A stretch of 63,645 nucleotides of DNA, filler included, from Octopus bimaculoides (lineage: Eukaryota), in the NCBI RefSeq assembly GCF_001194135.2. It is 7 parts of 7 records of this genome, joined end to end, with 100 filler letters (N's around TTAATTAATTAA, not from the genome) between each part and the next. Parts side by side here need not be neighbours in the genome. Positions count along the whole stretch, not along the records: positions 24,625 to 49,842 come from NC_068989.1; 6 more parts are not named here. The stretch is one strand, 5' to 3'. Every line of letters starts with the position of its first letter. Within the stretch, counting starts at the first letter, position 1. The translations under genes and the position numbers were made by a program. This document shows positions 26,080 to 40,206 of the stretch, one piece after another. The notes below the pieces were generated by a model. The model did not search any database and was not told the origin of the DNA. It saw nothing but the letters and a program-made list of their open reading frames with translations.

Positions 26080-27299
26080 TGAGAGCAAGTAAGAAATGTA
26101 AAAAAAACTTGCGAGATAAAATCATTTAGTTTAGGATGTGAAAAAAAGTTATTAATTATCATTTTTTGAAACATAGGCACAAAGCAAAATATTTTGGAGA
26201 GTGAGGCAAATGTGGTTTACCATGAAATAACTTGGAAACAATTTTTTTTAAATACAATGGAGCAGATGTTGGAATGAGGCGCAATGAAACGAAATATTTG
26301 ATATTTCAATCTTTTCCTTTCCGAAATGGAAAAGAATAATTTAGTTTATACTAGGTTAAATAGCTGATTCTAGTGTTCGTTAAAGCTTACCAACCATACA
26401 GCGTCTTTTGTCACAGCCACCAGGTAGAAGAAAATTATCAGGGCTCTGTTACCAAAGGAAGACGAGCAGACAATCTTTGGAATGAATTCCTTTGAGAAGC
26501 GGATTCGACTTACACTCGATAGCAAATGTTTGGCATAATAGCTCTAAATCAGTTATCCGGAAGCTGTGGCATTCATATATTTCCTAAAAGTGTGATCAAC
26601 ATCCAAAGAACTATTTTTTATTTCTTATCAGGGGTAGCTAATTGATTCTATCGATACCTATATGTGAATGGTATTTTATTTTATATATTTAGGAAGATTG
26701 AAAAGCGAAGATAACCTCCTTTCGATTTGAACAAAAATAAGTATAAGAAGCCGAATATTTTACAGTATCAATTTGCAATCCTTTACATTCTGAGTTTCAA
26801 TTAGACCGAGGTCAACAAGAGGTCAGAATGAAGATACAGAATGTAAAGAAAAGAGAAAAACAAGCAAGACTGAGAAGTAAATGTTAAAGAGAGAAAAGCA
26901 AGAATCAACATTGAGAGTGAAAGATTACAGAAAGACAGAATGCAAGATTACAGAGAGGGGAAGGGGGACAATAAAATATAAGATTGTATTAAAATCAGTG
27001 TAAGTTTGCTTATTTTTGTTGCTGTATGTTCGTTTAACCCCAGGTTGGTTCTGATTGATCAAATTTATTGTCAAAAATGTTAATGATGTGATCATCCTAT
27101 CGTTTTGATATTTTTTTGCATTTACAATTTGTCCTTCATTTCTAAGGGAGATAGAGGATGATTTGAGAGATTTTAGTTGATGTATGTTTTATCCTTTAGT
27201 CATGAGGGAAGTGGTGCCCATGACCCTATACATGAACTTCTAGACTGATCCCTGAGAATAGTACTAAACTGGGTGACGGGTTAAGTTCACTACCCATGT

Positions 27300-27680
27300 A
27301 GACCATGGAGAGATTTGAACTCAGAACGCAAAGAACCGGAACAAATACTGTTATATCTCTAGTCCGACGTTCTTAGATTTCCGCTAATCCACAGCCGTTG
27401 GTTTGTACTTTTCTTTTATCGAATCCAAAATGGAGGAAAAATAAATCTAATGACGGTGAAATTTGAACTCAGAGCGCAAAAAGATGGAACAAATACAGCA
27501 AGAAAGAATTTGTTCTTCGTTCCTAAATTTCCACCAATTCAATACCATCGATTGGTGCTTTATTTTTGGATGAATCTATGAAAAAACGAACGAAAGGCAA
27601 CTTTGATTTAGGTGATATTTGAACTCGAAGCTCAGAGAGTCGCAACAAATATCACGAAGCGCTAACAACTCTACTAATTT
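27300..27680 (-). repeat. Old tandem trimer (~150-bp period) of an S4-like unit
   Basis: ATTTGAACTC (reverse-complemented B box) followed by ...AACAAATA at about 27314, 27461 and 27617. Confidence 0.6.
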
Positions 27681-28394
27681 GTTGTTCCACGGCTTGAGTA
27701 GCGGCTCCAGCTTTCGTTTGTAAGTTTGTAATGTGTATGTTGTGGGCGGATTATATAAAATAAAGATAGAAACACATTGTAGCCGTAAAGAAACTGAAAG
27801 AAAAGAGAAGTGGGAGTGAGTAGAAAAAGATTTGAAATTACAAAAAGAAATGATAAAGAAATGATAAAGAGATAAAAATTTGACAAACAAGCAAACAAAA
27901 AGAATGGTTTATTTCTTGTTATTTTGTAAATTATTTTGGTTGTTCATTTTGTTTTCTTTCTGCTGGTTAATAATTCTGAAATGGCTATTTTCTCTCCGTT
28001 TCTTGTTTCTATTGTAAACATCTCGACATTTCATTGTACAGTTTTCCCCTTTTGTGAAATAAACGGGTTGTAAGAAGCGGATTATAATTCTAGTGTGACA
28101 TGATTAAATGAAATGAAAACTTATAACTGAAACAAGCAATTAAATATTTATTACGAAGACAAATTGTACAGAGACGAAAATAGATTGGGCTTTTTGTTTT
28201 ATTTGTATGGAACGCTTATTGTTTTGAGGGGAATATTTCTTTCAAATGCAGGAGTGTGCTACTTTATGGCGTAGAGTATTTTGTTTGCTTTTTGCTGCTG
28301 TTGTTTTTTTGCTTTGTTTTTTTTTTTGTTTTTTTGGAGTGGTTGCAGTTTATGTTGTATTTCATATTATGTTCTTTTATAATCTAAACTACTG

Positions 28395-28618
28395 GCGATG
28401 GGGGTGAGCTGGCAGAATTGTTAGCACACTAGACGAAAAATGCTTAACGACATTTCGTCCGCCTTTACATTCTGGGTTAAAATTTCACCGTCGTTGACTT
28501 TGGTTTTCATCCCTTTCAGAGTCGATAAAATAAGTATCAGTTCGGTACTGGAGTCGATGTAATTGAATAACCCTCTCCCCTAAAATGTCAGGCTTTGTGC
28601 CTAGAGTAGAAAGGATTA
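28395..28618 (+). mobile_element. SINE family S4 monomer
   Basis: GAGCTGGCAGAATTGTTAGC...GAGTCGATAAAATAAGTATCAG...CAGGCTTTGTGCCTAGAGTAGAAAGGA. Confidence 0.88.
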
Positions 28619-28706
28619 TATAAATTTCTGTTGCAATATTGCGGAATGGTTCAGAAGTTCGCTTCGCAGCTGTGTAATACCGAGTTTGATCACCATTAGG
28701 TGTATA

Positions 28707-28776
<70 letters not shown>

Positions 28777-29095
28777 TGACAACAACAGATGGATTGTGGT
28801 TCACTACAGCTGTTTCAGAAGTGTTCTTTAATGATGAACAGAAGTGTTAGATCATGCAAAAAAAAACAACTTTTCATTGGGTGAATACAGGTAAGAATTA
28901 ACAATTAAAACTTCTCAAGAACAAGTAAATAGTGTCAGATGACTCGGCCGACCCATATTCGGTCATAGAGTGAAAAGTTAGTATCAAGTTTATAATGAGG
29001 AACTTGTTAAAGGACCAGGATCGGAGTGGGAAGTAGATGGAGATGTATAAGGAAGTAAGTGAAGAGAGAAACACTATGCATGTATGTATGTATGT

Positions 29096-29126
<31 letters not shown>

Positions 29127-29979
29127 AATAGATAGATAGACAGACAGACTAACAGACAGACAACAGATAGCTAGATAGATAGATAGATACCAGTAGTTGT
29201 TATGACTGAAGACACAGAAGGTGTCACATCGAGGTTTGAACCCGAAACAAAGTGGCTAGAAAATGAACTATGTAACTATGCAATCTTACAACCATACCAA
29301 TGCCCATACGACATCTTTCTATAATCATATAGCGAATGTCACTAAACATATTCATGGAGAAAGCTGCACTAAAATAAGACACTTTCATTACATTGAAGAA
29401 TCATTAGGACAATTATCTGACGTTGTTCAGATGCAATCACATTAAGAGGCCAAAAGTGATTTCGATGTAGCCGTGTGTAGTCATCGATCTTAGGAGAAAA
29501 TGATAACATTAAATCTGTTTTTACAAGTGAATGTAAAAAAAGACACTGCAACATATCAACTAATTCATCTACATCGAAGTGTATATTTACCCAAACCAAC
29601 ATAGCTATCGTTCTGTAAGCAATGATCTACTAAATATCATCGAATTTATTAAATCATCACACCATATGACCAGCATGTCATTGTGCATGCTAAGAGATGG
29701 ACATTTTTTAGCTTGACGTGAAGAACTATGTAAACCAGCTGAATGCGTTGGGTACTACTTAAACTGTCCCGCCATTATCCATCATCTTTCTCATACGAGT
29801 GATGAGTAGTGTCGATCATAAAATTGATTTGCTAGAAATCTTTAAATCTGGTTCATTAAGCTTGCTTCCCTTATACATCAAAAAACATAAAATAGTTTAC
29901 AGGCATTTAGCNNNNNNNNNNTGTGTGTGTGTGTGTGTGTGTGTGTACGTGACTGGGTGAGTATATGTGTATATATATA

Positions 29980-30110
29980 TACAGGGCGGGCCAAAAGTAA
30001 CGCACAAAATAAGTTCAATACGCTCCGGAATTGTCAAAGAGATGCTTCAATTTTTCTAAAATTGAATACAATAAAGTAATGAGGAATTTAAACCAACTTA
30101 TACACGATGG
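29980..30110 (+). mobile_element. Tc1/mariner-like terminal fragment
   Basis: TA-CAGGGCGGGCCAAAAGTAAC start typical of Tc1/mariner TIRs. Confidence 0.45.
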
Positions 30111-30112
30111 AC

Positions 30113-30257
<145 letters not shown>

Positions 30258-30260
<3 letters not shown>

Positions 30261-31659
30261 TGGAAGGCGCCCGGGTACAACAAGATCCCCAACTCCTGTT
30301 TAAAATATCTAACAGGTATACATAAAATGCTGGCTACGTTTAATGAAATACTAGCAGAGCCAGAGACAATGCCTGAATGTCTCACAGAATGGATAACTAT
30401 CCTAATTTCCAAACCCATTGAAACAGTAAACCCATAAAATTACAAACCGATAACTTGTCTCCCTACAATTTACGAAGCTTTTGCTGCAATAATATCGCAG
30501 AGAATGGGCAAACATCTGGAAGAAAACAAACTGTTTCCAGGAGAGCAGAAGGGATGTTGCAAGGGCTCATACGTAGGTAAAGATCATGATCAATAAAACT
30601 ATAACTAAAGACAGCCATAGGAAAAAGAAGGGTCTAAGTATGGCTTGGATCGATTTATTGAAAGGCTTTTGATAGTATTCCCCACACACGAAGCCTAGAA
30701 ATACTAGCCATGAACAAGGTAGCACCCATAATCATAAAATATATAAAACATTCTCTGAATAAGTGGCAAACAGCACTACAGCTCCAGAGGAAAGAGGGAC
30801 TCATAAAAATCAAAGTCATCCTCATTAGAAGAGGAATATTCCAGGGAGACACGCTCTCTCCATTCCTTTTCAGCTTGGCACTACCTTTATCTGACATGCT
30901 AAACAGAACTGTTTAGCATGTTACGGTAAAACAATCAACCATCTCTTAACTTATGGATGATTTGAAACTGTATGCTGCAAATGCTAAACAGCTGGAAACA
31001 TTACTACAGGCAGTAGATAGATTTACCAAAGAAATAAACATGAAATGTTACTTAGAAAAATGTGTCAAAGAAACCTTCAAAAGAGGAAAACTAGTTAAGA
31101 GTAACATCATCACACTAGATAAAGCAAATGAAATAAGAGAATTAGACCAAAGCTAGAAATACAAATACTTAATAATCAATTAACTAAATACGATACAACA
31201 CACACAAATGAAAGAGAAAATAAGAAATGAACACTTTAGACGAGTTAGATTAATACTGAAAACAGAGCTCAATGCGAAAAGCAAGATAATAGGTATCAAC
31301 ACTCTAGTCGTCCCAGTTACAAGCTGCAGCTACAATATTCTTAACTGGAATCTAAATGAACTAATCAAAACAGACAGGAAAACAAGAAGAATAATGACAG
31401 GATCTAGGATGTACCACCCAAAATCTGACATAGAAAGGTTATATATATACAATATATCGAAGGTGGTAGAGGCCTTATATAGCTAGAAAACTACTACAAT
31501 ATAAATACCATAGGATTACAGAAATACCTATTTCAAAAAGAAGGAAAATTGATACAAATAGTCACAAAACACGAACAAAACAAAAAACTGTTTTCTGTCT
31601 TTAAGGAAGCTGACAAATACAAAAAAGAAGTCATAGTACCTAACAAATATGAAATAGAT
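30258..31659 (+). mobile_element. R4/Dong-like non-LTR retrotransposon RT fragment, 5'-truncated and pseudogenised
   Basis: Translation across lesions: WKAPG..., NYKPITCLPTIY, GEQKGC, AWID..KAFDSIPH, RRGIFQGDTLSP, (Y)MDDLKLYA, RRVRLILKTELNAKSKIIGINT, DRKTRRIMT...HPKSDIERLY. Confidence 0.92.
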
Positions 31660-31810
31660 CAGCATTTCTCAACCTTTTTCACGATTTGGCTTCCTTTGGA
31701 CATTGAAAAAATTTATTTCGGCTCCCCTGTGTTGATGAAAAATTTAATCCAGCTTCCCATGTATCTGAGATAGACCGGCCGGCCCATGACAAATCTGACA
31801 AAAGGGGGAA
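31660..31810 (+). mobile_element. hAT/Charlie-type MITE left-end fragment
   Basis: CAGCATTTCTCAACC resembles the TIR of the MITE at 45437-46072. Confidence 0.5.
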
Positions 31811-32467
31811 CCCGCAGAACTACTAGCTCACGAACTGCATCGGAAAGTTGGCGCGCCAATCATGCTGCTAAGGAATTTAGATTCTGTAATAATGTGCAAT
31901 GGTACGCGGATGATTATCAAAAAATTGTGCTCCCGAGTTCTGTAGGCAACAATCTTGAATGAATCGGCCGCTGGCTAAGACATACTTATAACTCACATGT
32001 CCCTTATCCACTCCGATACGACCTACAAGTTTAAACAGATGCAATTTCCCATCAAACTCTGCTTTCCCATGACAACCAACAAGGCGCAGGGACAATCAGT
32101 GCAAGCGGTTGGTTTGAATCTGACAGAGCAAGTATTCTCACACGCACAACTGTACGTTGGTTGTCCCCATGGTCTTTCTATTTGTGCACCCGAGGGAAGG
32201 ACGAAGAATGTTGTCTACCAAGAGGCACTCCAATGATAACAACAACTGCTCCAATTGCAACTCCGCAATTTTTTCATCGTCCTGCCAGCCCACGTAAGTC
32301 CAGTCTTGCTTTGCTCTCCTTACTAACTCACCATGACATTCATTTTTTTTTTCTACCAAGATCCGTCGCCCAAACACCACTTCGTATCCACTTCTTCCTC
32401 TTTTTTATGTCTTCGTTTCTCTCTTCGCGTCGTTCTCTGACCGGGTGAAACCGGGCTTAGCTGCTAG
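31810..32467 (+). mobile_element. Helitron 3' fragment (PIF1-like helicase C-terminus, hairpin, CTAG end)
   Basis: HELHRKVGAPIMLLRNLD...CNGTRMII...FKQMQFPIKLCFPMTTNKAQGQS...VFSHAQLYV...TKNVVYQEAL; hairpin CCGGGTGAAACCGG (32441-32454); CTAG at 32464-32467 followed by T. Confidence 0.92.
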
Positions 32468-32736
32468 TATATATATATATATATACTTCCCGAAATTTAG
32501 GTTCCTAAGACTGGTTTCTGGATTCTGTATCACAGAATTCCTCATTTTTGCCCGCTGGGTGAACGGGATCAATGTGTAATGAAGTGCTTTGCTCAAGAAC
32601 ACAACGCATCGCCCGATCAAGGAATAGAAGCCACAATCTTATGATTACGAGGGCAACATCCTAAATACTAAGTCAGCTCTCCACCCCCACATACACACAT
32701 ATGTATGTATGCATATATAAATATATATATATAAAT

Positions 32737-32791
<55 letters not shown>

Positions 32792-32923
32792 TGTAATATA
32801 GTTTCGTAATTTCGTTAGGGTTTTGAATATGAAATATTGTGTCTATACGTATACACATGCACACATGCACACGTGCACGCGCACAAGAGCGCACGAGCGC
32901 AATACTTTCTATCTTCATATGTA

Positions 32924-32966
<43 letters not shown>

Positions 32967-34738
32967 GTGTGTGTGTGTGTGTTGTTGTGTGTGCGTGTGT
33001 GTGTGTAAGTGTGAGTATGTGTCACATGTATATCATGTTAGAACTAATAATTTTCCTTGTCGTCACGTTTCACTTCGACTGACAACTGTTTGTCTTGCAG
33101 CAAGGTATGGAAGACATATTTTCTTGTTTCCTTACTTAGACAATATATGCTCTTTGTCCCGCTCCCCTTTATCCATCTCCTCTCTCTGTCTCTCCGTCTC
33201 TCTTTGTCTCCGTACCTCTCTCTCCTTCTCCCTCTCTCTCTCTCTCTCTCTCTCCGTCTCTCTCTGTATTATTTTATTCGGTTTGCAACAAAAGTTCTTC
33301 AGATAAGTAGATTTTACTCCGTATAGATTAGCAACTGAACATCACATATACTTATATTTACGTACATGTGTATATGTGTCTGTATATACGTGCGTATATT
33401 CGTTTGCTTGTATGTGTGTGTGTGTGTGTGTGTATATGTGTATATACATGTAATTTTGTATGCATATATGAATATATGTATACATATGTATCTTTATATG
33501 TATGAGAGAATGAGAGACCTTGTCCGTGTGTGTATCTATATACACTCATAGGTCTATGTATATTTACATATATATACACTGATTATGTTTATGCTAATGC
33601 AAAATGTATATTTTAAGTATATGTTCGGTTTTTACTATTTGTACATATGTGTATGTGTCAAAAAGATCGTGCGTATATGTGTATAGGTGTATAAGTGTAT
33701 AGGTGTATATATGTATAGGTGTATATGTATACAAATGCGCTGTGTCTTAATAGCAATGTATGTATGTATATATGTGAGTGTGTATGCGTATCTGCATGTG
33801 TGTGTATTTGTGTGGCTTATGCGTGTAGGTAAGCTTGTGTGAGTATCTGTGTGTCTCTCCGCGTCTATTTATCTATGTATTTTGAAATGACATATGTATG
33901 AATTTGTGTGTTTGTGTGCATGCCTCCATACATGTGTGTGTTTACGTGTATATGTATGTGCAATATGTGTCTGTGTGTGGACTAAGGTTTCTCTCTATCT
34001 TTGCAAAACGCTTATCTCAGGCACTAGAAATGATTATGATGGTTGAATGGTTTCCGACAGAAAAAAAAAAAAGAAACGATGTTATGAACTGCTGAGAGAC
34101 AGACAGACAGACAGAAAGACAGACAGACAGACAGAAAGACAGACAGAGAAGGAGAGAGAGAGAGAGGGAGAGAGAGAGGTAGATAGACAGACAGATAGAT
34201 AGACAGACAGATNNNNNNNNNNNNNNNNNNNNNNNNNNNNNNNNNNNNNNNNNNNNNNNNNNNNNNNNNNNNNNNNNNNNNNNNNNNNNNNNNNNNNNNN
34301 NNNNNNNNNNNNNNNNNNNNNNNNNNNNNNNNNNNNNNNNNNNNNNNNNNNNNNNNNNNNNNNNNNNNNNNNNNNNNNNNNNNNNNNNNNNNNNNNNNNN
34401 NNNNNNNNNNNNNNNNNNNNNNNNNNNNNNNNNNNNNNNNNNNNNNNNNNNNNNNNNNNNNNNNNNNNNNNNNNNNNNNNNNNNNNNNNNNNNNNNNNNN
34501 NNNNNNNNNNNNNNNNNNNNNNNNNNNNNNNNNNNNNNNNNNNNNNNNNNNNNNNNNNNNNNNNNNNNNNNNNNNNNNNNNNNNNNNNNNNNNNNNNNNN
34601 NNNNNNNNNNNNNNNNNNNNNNNNNNNNNNNNNNNNNNNNNNNNNNNNNNNNNNNNNNNNNNNNNNNNNNNNNNNNNAAAGAAAGAAAGAAAGAAAGAAG
34701 GAATGAAGGAAAGAAGGAAAGAAAGAAGGAAAGAAGGA

Positions 34739-34790
<52 letters not shown>

Positions 34791-34810
34791 AGGAATGAAG
34801 GAAAGAAGGA

Positions 34811-34858
<48 letters not shown>

Positions 34859-35206
34859 AGGGGCGGCGTGGAGTGTAAGGGAGAGCGACAACTCGAGGAA
34901 GAGAGAAATGAATGGAAAAGTAAACAAGAATACGAAAGTGCGAAACAAAGAAAGAAGTCGGGAGAAATAAAAGAAAACACCATTGAGATGCGGTGAGGTG
35001 TTCTTGGATGGACGGTATGAAATATGTGTGTGTATATAGTTTATAGTTTATATAGATACATTGTTTCTACTTAGGTTTTGTATAAAATTTCATGCACACA
35101 CACACACACGCGCACGCATACACACATCTATATATATATATATATATACACATATACATGGACACACCGATTTTATACAACTAAAGTATAAACAATGAAT
35201 ATAAAT

Positions 35207-35285
<79 letters not shown>

Positions 35286-35357
35286 TACATATATATACAT
35301 GTATATATATATATATTAAAACATATATATATACATATATATCTAGATATAAATACT

Positions 35358-35429
<72 letters not shown>

Positions 35430-36709
35430 TATATCCTTTGATTACCTTATATTTAGTTACGTTTTCGTTGTCGTTGTTCCATCATTGATATTGATTTCGT
35501 TGACATAGTTACATAGAATGAGTCCACTCGTTGGTGCTGTGGTTGATGGTGTATTGTACGTTATAAATGTTATAATATAACAGACGACAGAGAAAAAGAG
35601 AGAAGCTTCGGTGAATTAATAAAAGAGGACTACTTCTCTTTGAAAATTACACAGTAGAATTGTAAGAGAGAATGGCACTGACATTTGCAACTGTTGTATA
35701 CTAAACCTTGTGACATTGTTTGTTGTTTATTATTCTTTAACGCTCGGCTAAAAGATTTGACTCGTTCGTTCGTCAGCGGTGGCTGTAAATGCTTTGACAG
35801 AGAAAACTATATTTCTAAGACTGTTTGTGAGGCTCTAAATCCATGGCAAATCATGAATGTTGTATTGCAACTTATGAACATATTCCTCCCAATATATTTG
35901 CGAAAGAAATTTAACTTTGTGACAAAATAAAATACAATGTTTATGCTTGAAACAGATTCGTGGTCCTTAGGTTCGTGTTAGGCTGATGGAACTATTTTCA
36001 TATAAAAACTTCGTGTTGGTCTCTTGGTATGTAACCTTTCATTGTTGACAAAACCTATTTTGGAAGGTGTAATACGAAATCAGAAAGTACAGGTGAAATT
36101 TTCTCAAGATTCTCTACCATTCGAGACTTCCACAGCGTGCAGTTTTCGAGCATTACGCTTCACTCAAGCAGTACAATATTTTTATTCGGTGTCAGATGTA
36201 CCCATTTAGAATTACTAATGTTCAAAGACTTAAACCTTTCAGACCTGAGCCTCTGTGTCTAACTTTACTTTCTACCTGGGCTCCTGAGCAAAAGAATAAA
36301 TAATTGTGTACGAGTAATGATTGCAGACAAACTAATGGACACAATCGGCTGCATCTTCTCTTTCTACGCGTGTTGTTCATAACCGCTTTACCGGGATTCC
36401 GACAGAGATGACGTTTAACTTATTCCCGCTTTAGCGGTAATATGATATAATAGGGTTATATTGTATTTAAAATGTATTTATGACTTCATGAAATATACTT
36501 TATATTTGTATCAGAGACACGTACCGAGAACCATGAGATGGCGCAACTTTTCCAGTGCTTTTGTGTCATAGATTTGCAGTCGATGCTAAATATACACACT
36601 AAATACTTCTTGTGGTCTCTTTGACGTGTCAGAGACATGATATTTATATATTGGGAGAGAACTGCAGGCATACGATGATGCAAGCATCATAGATTTAAAA
36701 TTTGATTTA

Positions 36710-36775
36710 AAATAGCCTCGGGCCAAAGCCTTGTGAGTGGATTTGATAGACGGAAACTGAAAGAAGCCTGGCATG

Positions 36776-36859
<84 letters not shown>

Positions 36860-36874
36860 GAGGGGGGATGTATG

Positions 36875-36908
<34 letters not shown>

Positions 36909-37160
36909 GATATATATATGTGTGTGTGTGNNNNNNNNNNGTGTTTGTGTGTCTGTGTTTGTCCCTCCACCATCGCTTGATAACCGATGTTGGTGTGTTT
37001 ACGCCCTCGTAACTTAGCGTTTCGGCAAAAGGAAAAGTATAATATGTACTAACCTTACAAAGAATAAGTCCTGCAGTCGATTTGTTCGACTAAAGGCGGT
37101 GCTCCAGCATGGCCGCAGTCAAATAACTGAATCAAGTAAAAAAAAATAAAAGAGTAAAAG
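36710..37160 (+). mobile_element. SINE family S3, head-truncated, with large compound internal microsatellite
   Basis: 5' module end, then (TA)(GA)(GACA)(TA)(TG) plus a gap, then the full 3' module. Confidence 0.9.
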
Positions 37161-37273
37161 AATGACACGGTTAACTTGTGCGATAGTGGACAAAGATAAC
37201 TAAATCACAATCCTGAGACGCACAGCTAATTACGACTGCGAAGTATATGGAGAATAAAGTTGACACAGGTATA

Positions 37274-37650
37274 CGCGAGCCGGCCGAAAAGGCCGTAGGC
37301 TGACCATGGAGTGTGACTAAATGAGATTTATATTCCAACATTGTCGCCCTTGCGGTCCACACACTTCTTCCATCACTATTGCAGTTCTTGGATCCCATTG
37401 GTGAAGAAGCTTGTACTCTGTTGGTCAAACAATTCATAAACAACAGATATAACCCCACCATCACAACGACACTTGTTCCCAGTCGTGTTTTTCATATTGG
37501 GGAACAGATGATAGCAAGATGAGGCCAAATCAGGAAAATAATGAGGGTGACTAACCAGTTCAAAGTCACAGTGACGTACAGCAGCCATTGAAACTAAGGG
37601 TCTGTGTGCTGAAGCATTGTCCTCACGAAACAAAACCCCTTTTGTAAGTT
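37274..37650 (-). mobile_element. mariner transposase C-terminal relic with right TIR
   Basis: EDNASAH...FELVSHPHYFPDLAS..HLFPNMK (YSPDLAP-like motif), WKKCVD; TIR-like TA-CGCGAGCCGGCCGAAAAGG at 37272. Confidence 0.85.
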
Positions 37651-37989
37651 TTCTTGGCCGTTAGGTCCTTATAGTTTTTCATTACTGCCTCAGCAAATTG
37701 GGATAGTACTATCCATAAATGACGCAGAGCAAGTGAAATGACGGTTCTGTTTTTGTTGCTGTTATTATTGTATTGTCGCGGTTATTATTCTTGTTTTTGT
37801 TGTCATTTGTTAGTCAGCCCTGAGCCAGGAAAATCTACTAAGACATTCCAGTGGTATCGCCTGTTTTCTTTTCTCAAACAGTATATCTACGATTATATTA
37901 TTAAGTATGTCCTTCTCTTTTGAAGATAGGTGGTTGTAACTTGGAGAAGATTAACTGTTGTTTCTGGCGCCGCGGTCAACTTTCTAGAG

Positions 37990-38115
37990 CAGTCGTTTTC
38001 AACCGGTGTCCATATTAGATTTTTCTGTTAAAATATATGTGTAATAAACTGATTATACTTCTACAATTCACAAAATATTTTTTTTAAATGTTTATACACT
38101 TCCTAATAATATTTA
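37990..38115 (+). mobile_element. hAT-type MITE left part (same family as 45437-46072), interrupted by an S3 SINE
   Basis: CAGTCGTTTTCAACCGG TIR; shares TTATACTTCT.CAAT..ACAAAAT and TTCCTAATAATATTTAAT. Confidence 0.7.
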
Positions 38116-38121
38116 ATTATA

Positions 38122-38475
38122 ATAGGTGCAAGCTTTGCTGTGTGTTAAGAAACTTGCTTCCCAACCACATGGTTCCGGGTTCAGTCCCACTGCGTGGCAC
38201 CTTCGGTAAGTGTCTTCTATTATAGCCGTCCAAAGCCTTGTGAGTGGATTCGGTAGACGGAAACTGAAAGAAGCCCGCCGTATATATGTGTGTGTGTATG
38301 TGTGTGTGTGTGTGTGTGTGTCTCCACCACTACCACTTGACAACCGGTGTTGGTGCGTTTACGTCCCCGTAAATTAGCATTTTAAAAATAAGTAGCGAGG
38401 TCGATACATTCGACTAAAAATTTTTCAAGGCCCATCATGGCCGCAAGTCACATGACTGAAACAAGTAAAAGATCA
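38122..38475 (+). mobile_element. SINE family S3, near full-length
   Basis: Head, CORE-like block, internal (TG)n 38281-38320, 3' module, ACTGAAACAAGTAAAAGA tail. Confidence 0.9.
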
Positions 38476-39529
38476 ATGATAAAATATGATAGGGTATTTT
38501 AAGCATCGAATGAGTAAGGTAGGAATTAAAGAAGTCAATGGGTTAAAAAATGGCTGAGAACCACTATTCTAGAAGCTTCTTCATTGGCTCGACAGTGGAG
38601 TTGTGTATGTGAGATTACTGAGACGTTTAACACGTTTAGCACTAAACATTCCACCAACAGAAAATAGGTGTTTCACGATTATAAGCATGCAGCCAAAGCG
38701 ACTGTTTTACTATGTCTCATTTTCGCGTTCTCAGACGAAGTATAAGGATTCGAACCCCTCTATGTTATATCTTATAGAGCATTCCTAGTTTTGCGCCGCA
38801 TAATTTGCTACTATAAACAATAGTAGCTGTTAGAACTCAAAAATTTGATATGTTTGTTAAATTTCGTTGATGACTTCTGTTTCACTTGTAAGAAATTTTA
38901 CCAACGATAGATCAGTGTCTCATCTAGTTTAAATTTTTCTTACCCGATTACCACCAACGAAACTGAAGATATAAGTTCAAACACAGAAGGGATGTTTGAT
39001 TACAGATAAGTCACTCTATGTTGTTCTTTTTTATAAAATTACATCTATCAGTTATACAATAACAGCTATATGCATTGTGTTGTTTGTGCCTCATGGGAGT
39101 ATCTATGTCAACTTATTTCTTACATTATACAAATTTCAATTTTTAAGATTTGCATAACAGTTGCCAAAAAGTCATTGTGCTCATATACTACCAGCAGCTC
39201 CATATTGTATGCATATCTCAACGGAGTAGTTTTGGCCTTGTCCACAAAACTGTATGTAACCTACGATACAGTTTATTGTTTGTTGAAAATAGTAGTAGCT
39301 CTATAAAATAATGTTTGTTTGTTTGTTTTTTATTTTTTCAGTATTGGGTTCAAGTCAGCCATCGGTGATTACTGGAATAACCCAACGAAATTACTCTATA
39401 AACCGTATAGATGTAAATTATTTGGTTGTTGCTTAGCCTCAGTCCAGCAGATTCCATGCTATCTTATAGCCAAAAGCTTCCCATTCGTGTCCATCCTACC
39501 TTATATTCGGACGTAATATATCTAGGACA

Positions 39530-39823
39530 GTGAAGGCGTGTGGCTTAGTGGCTAGAATGTTTGGCTCACGATCGTAAGGTCGTGAGTTCAATTCCCGGCG
39601 AGGCCTTGTGTCCTTGAGCAAGACACTTCATTTTCACGTTGCTCCAGTTCACTCAGCTGGCAAAAATCAGTAGTAGCTGTATTTCAAAGGGTCAGCCTTC
39701 TACACACTCTGTGTCATGCTGTATCTTGAAAATTACGTTAAGGGAGTACTCAACCACTTGCACGTTAATTTTCCGTTGATCAGACCAACAGAAACCCTCG
39801 TCGTCGTTACCGATGGCGTACCA
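39530..39823 (+). mobile_element. SINE family S2, internally deleted
   Basis: GTGAAGGCGTGTGGCTTAGTGG...GAGTTCAATTCC...GTGTCCTTGAGCAAGACACTT...S1-type tail. Confidence 0.85.
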
Positions 39824-39835
39824 GTTTTATATCTA

Positions 39836-39962
39836 CAGGGTGTCCACAAAGTCTGGGTACATGGGGATTAACACATACTTAAAGAAATTATTATTTCTTA
39901 TATTTAATTGCTTATGTTATGATTTTATTTACTCCATGTACCCAGACCTTGTGGGCACCCTG
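39836..39962. mobile_element. 127-bp Tc1/mariner-derived MITE
   Basis: 29-bp TIRs CAGGGTGTCCACAAAGTCTGGGTACATGG / CCATGTACCCAGACCTTGTGGGCACCCTG (2 mismatches), TA on both sides. Confidence 0.92.
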
Positions 39963-40206
39963 TAGAACTACATGATCCAATATGTTCTTCCTCTTTTTTA
40001 AACATGTTAGGATATGATTAACTGAGGTTGATTTGGTTGGGTTGCTATTTCTAGCAGGTGAAGTGACCATGCAAAAGTTCCATTGTAGATGTAAACGAAG
40101 CAGCCATAAATAGCTTTCTACGAATCGATTTAGTATATGGTTCCGTTTGAATGTCTGCCTCTTCTACAAACATCCGACCTTAAAATTACTTAGAAGAAAT
40201 AAGAAT

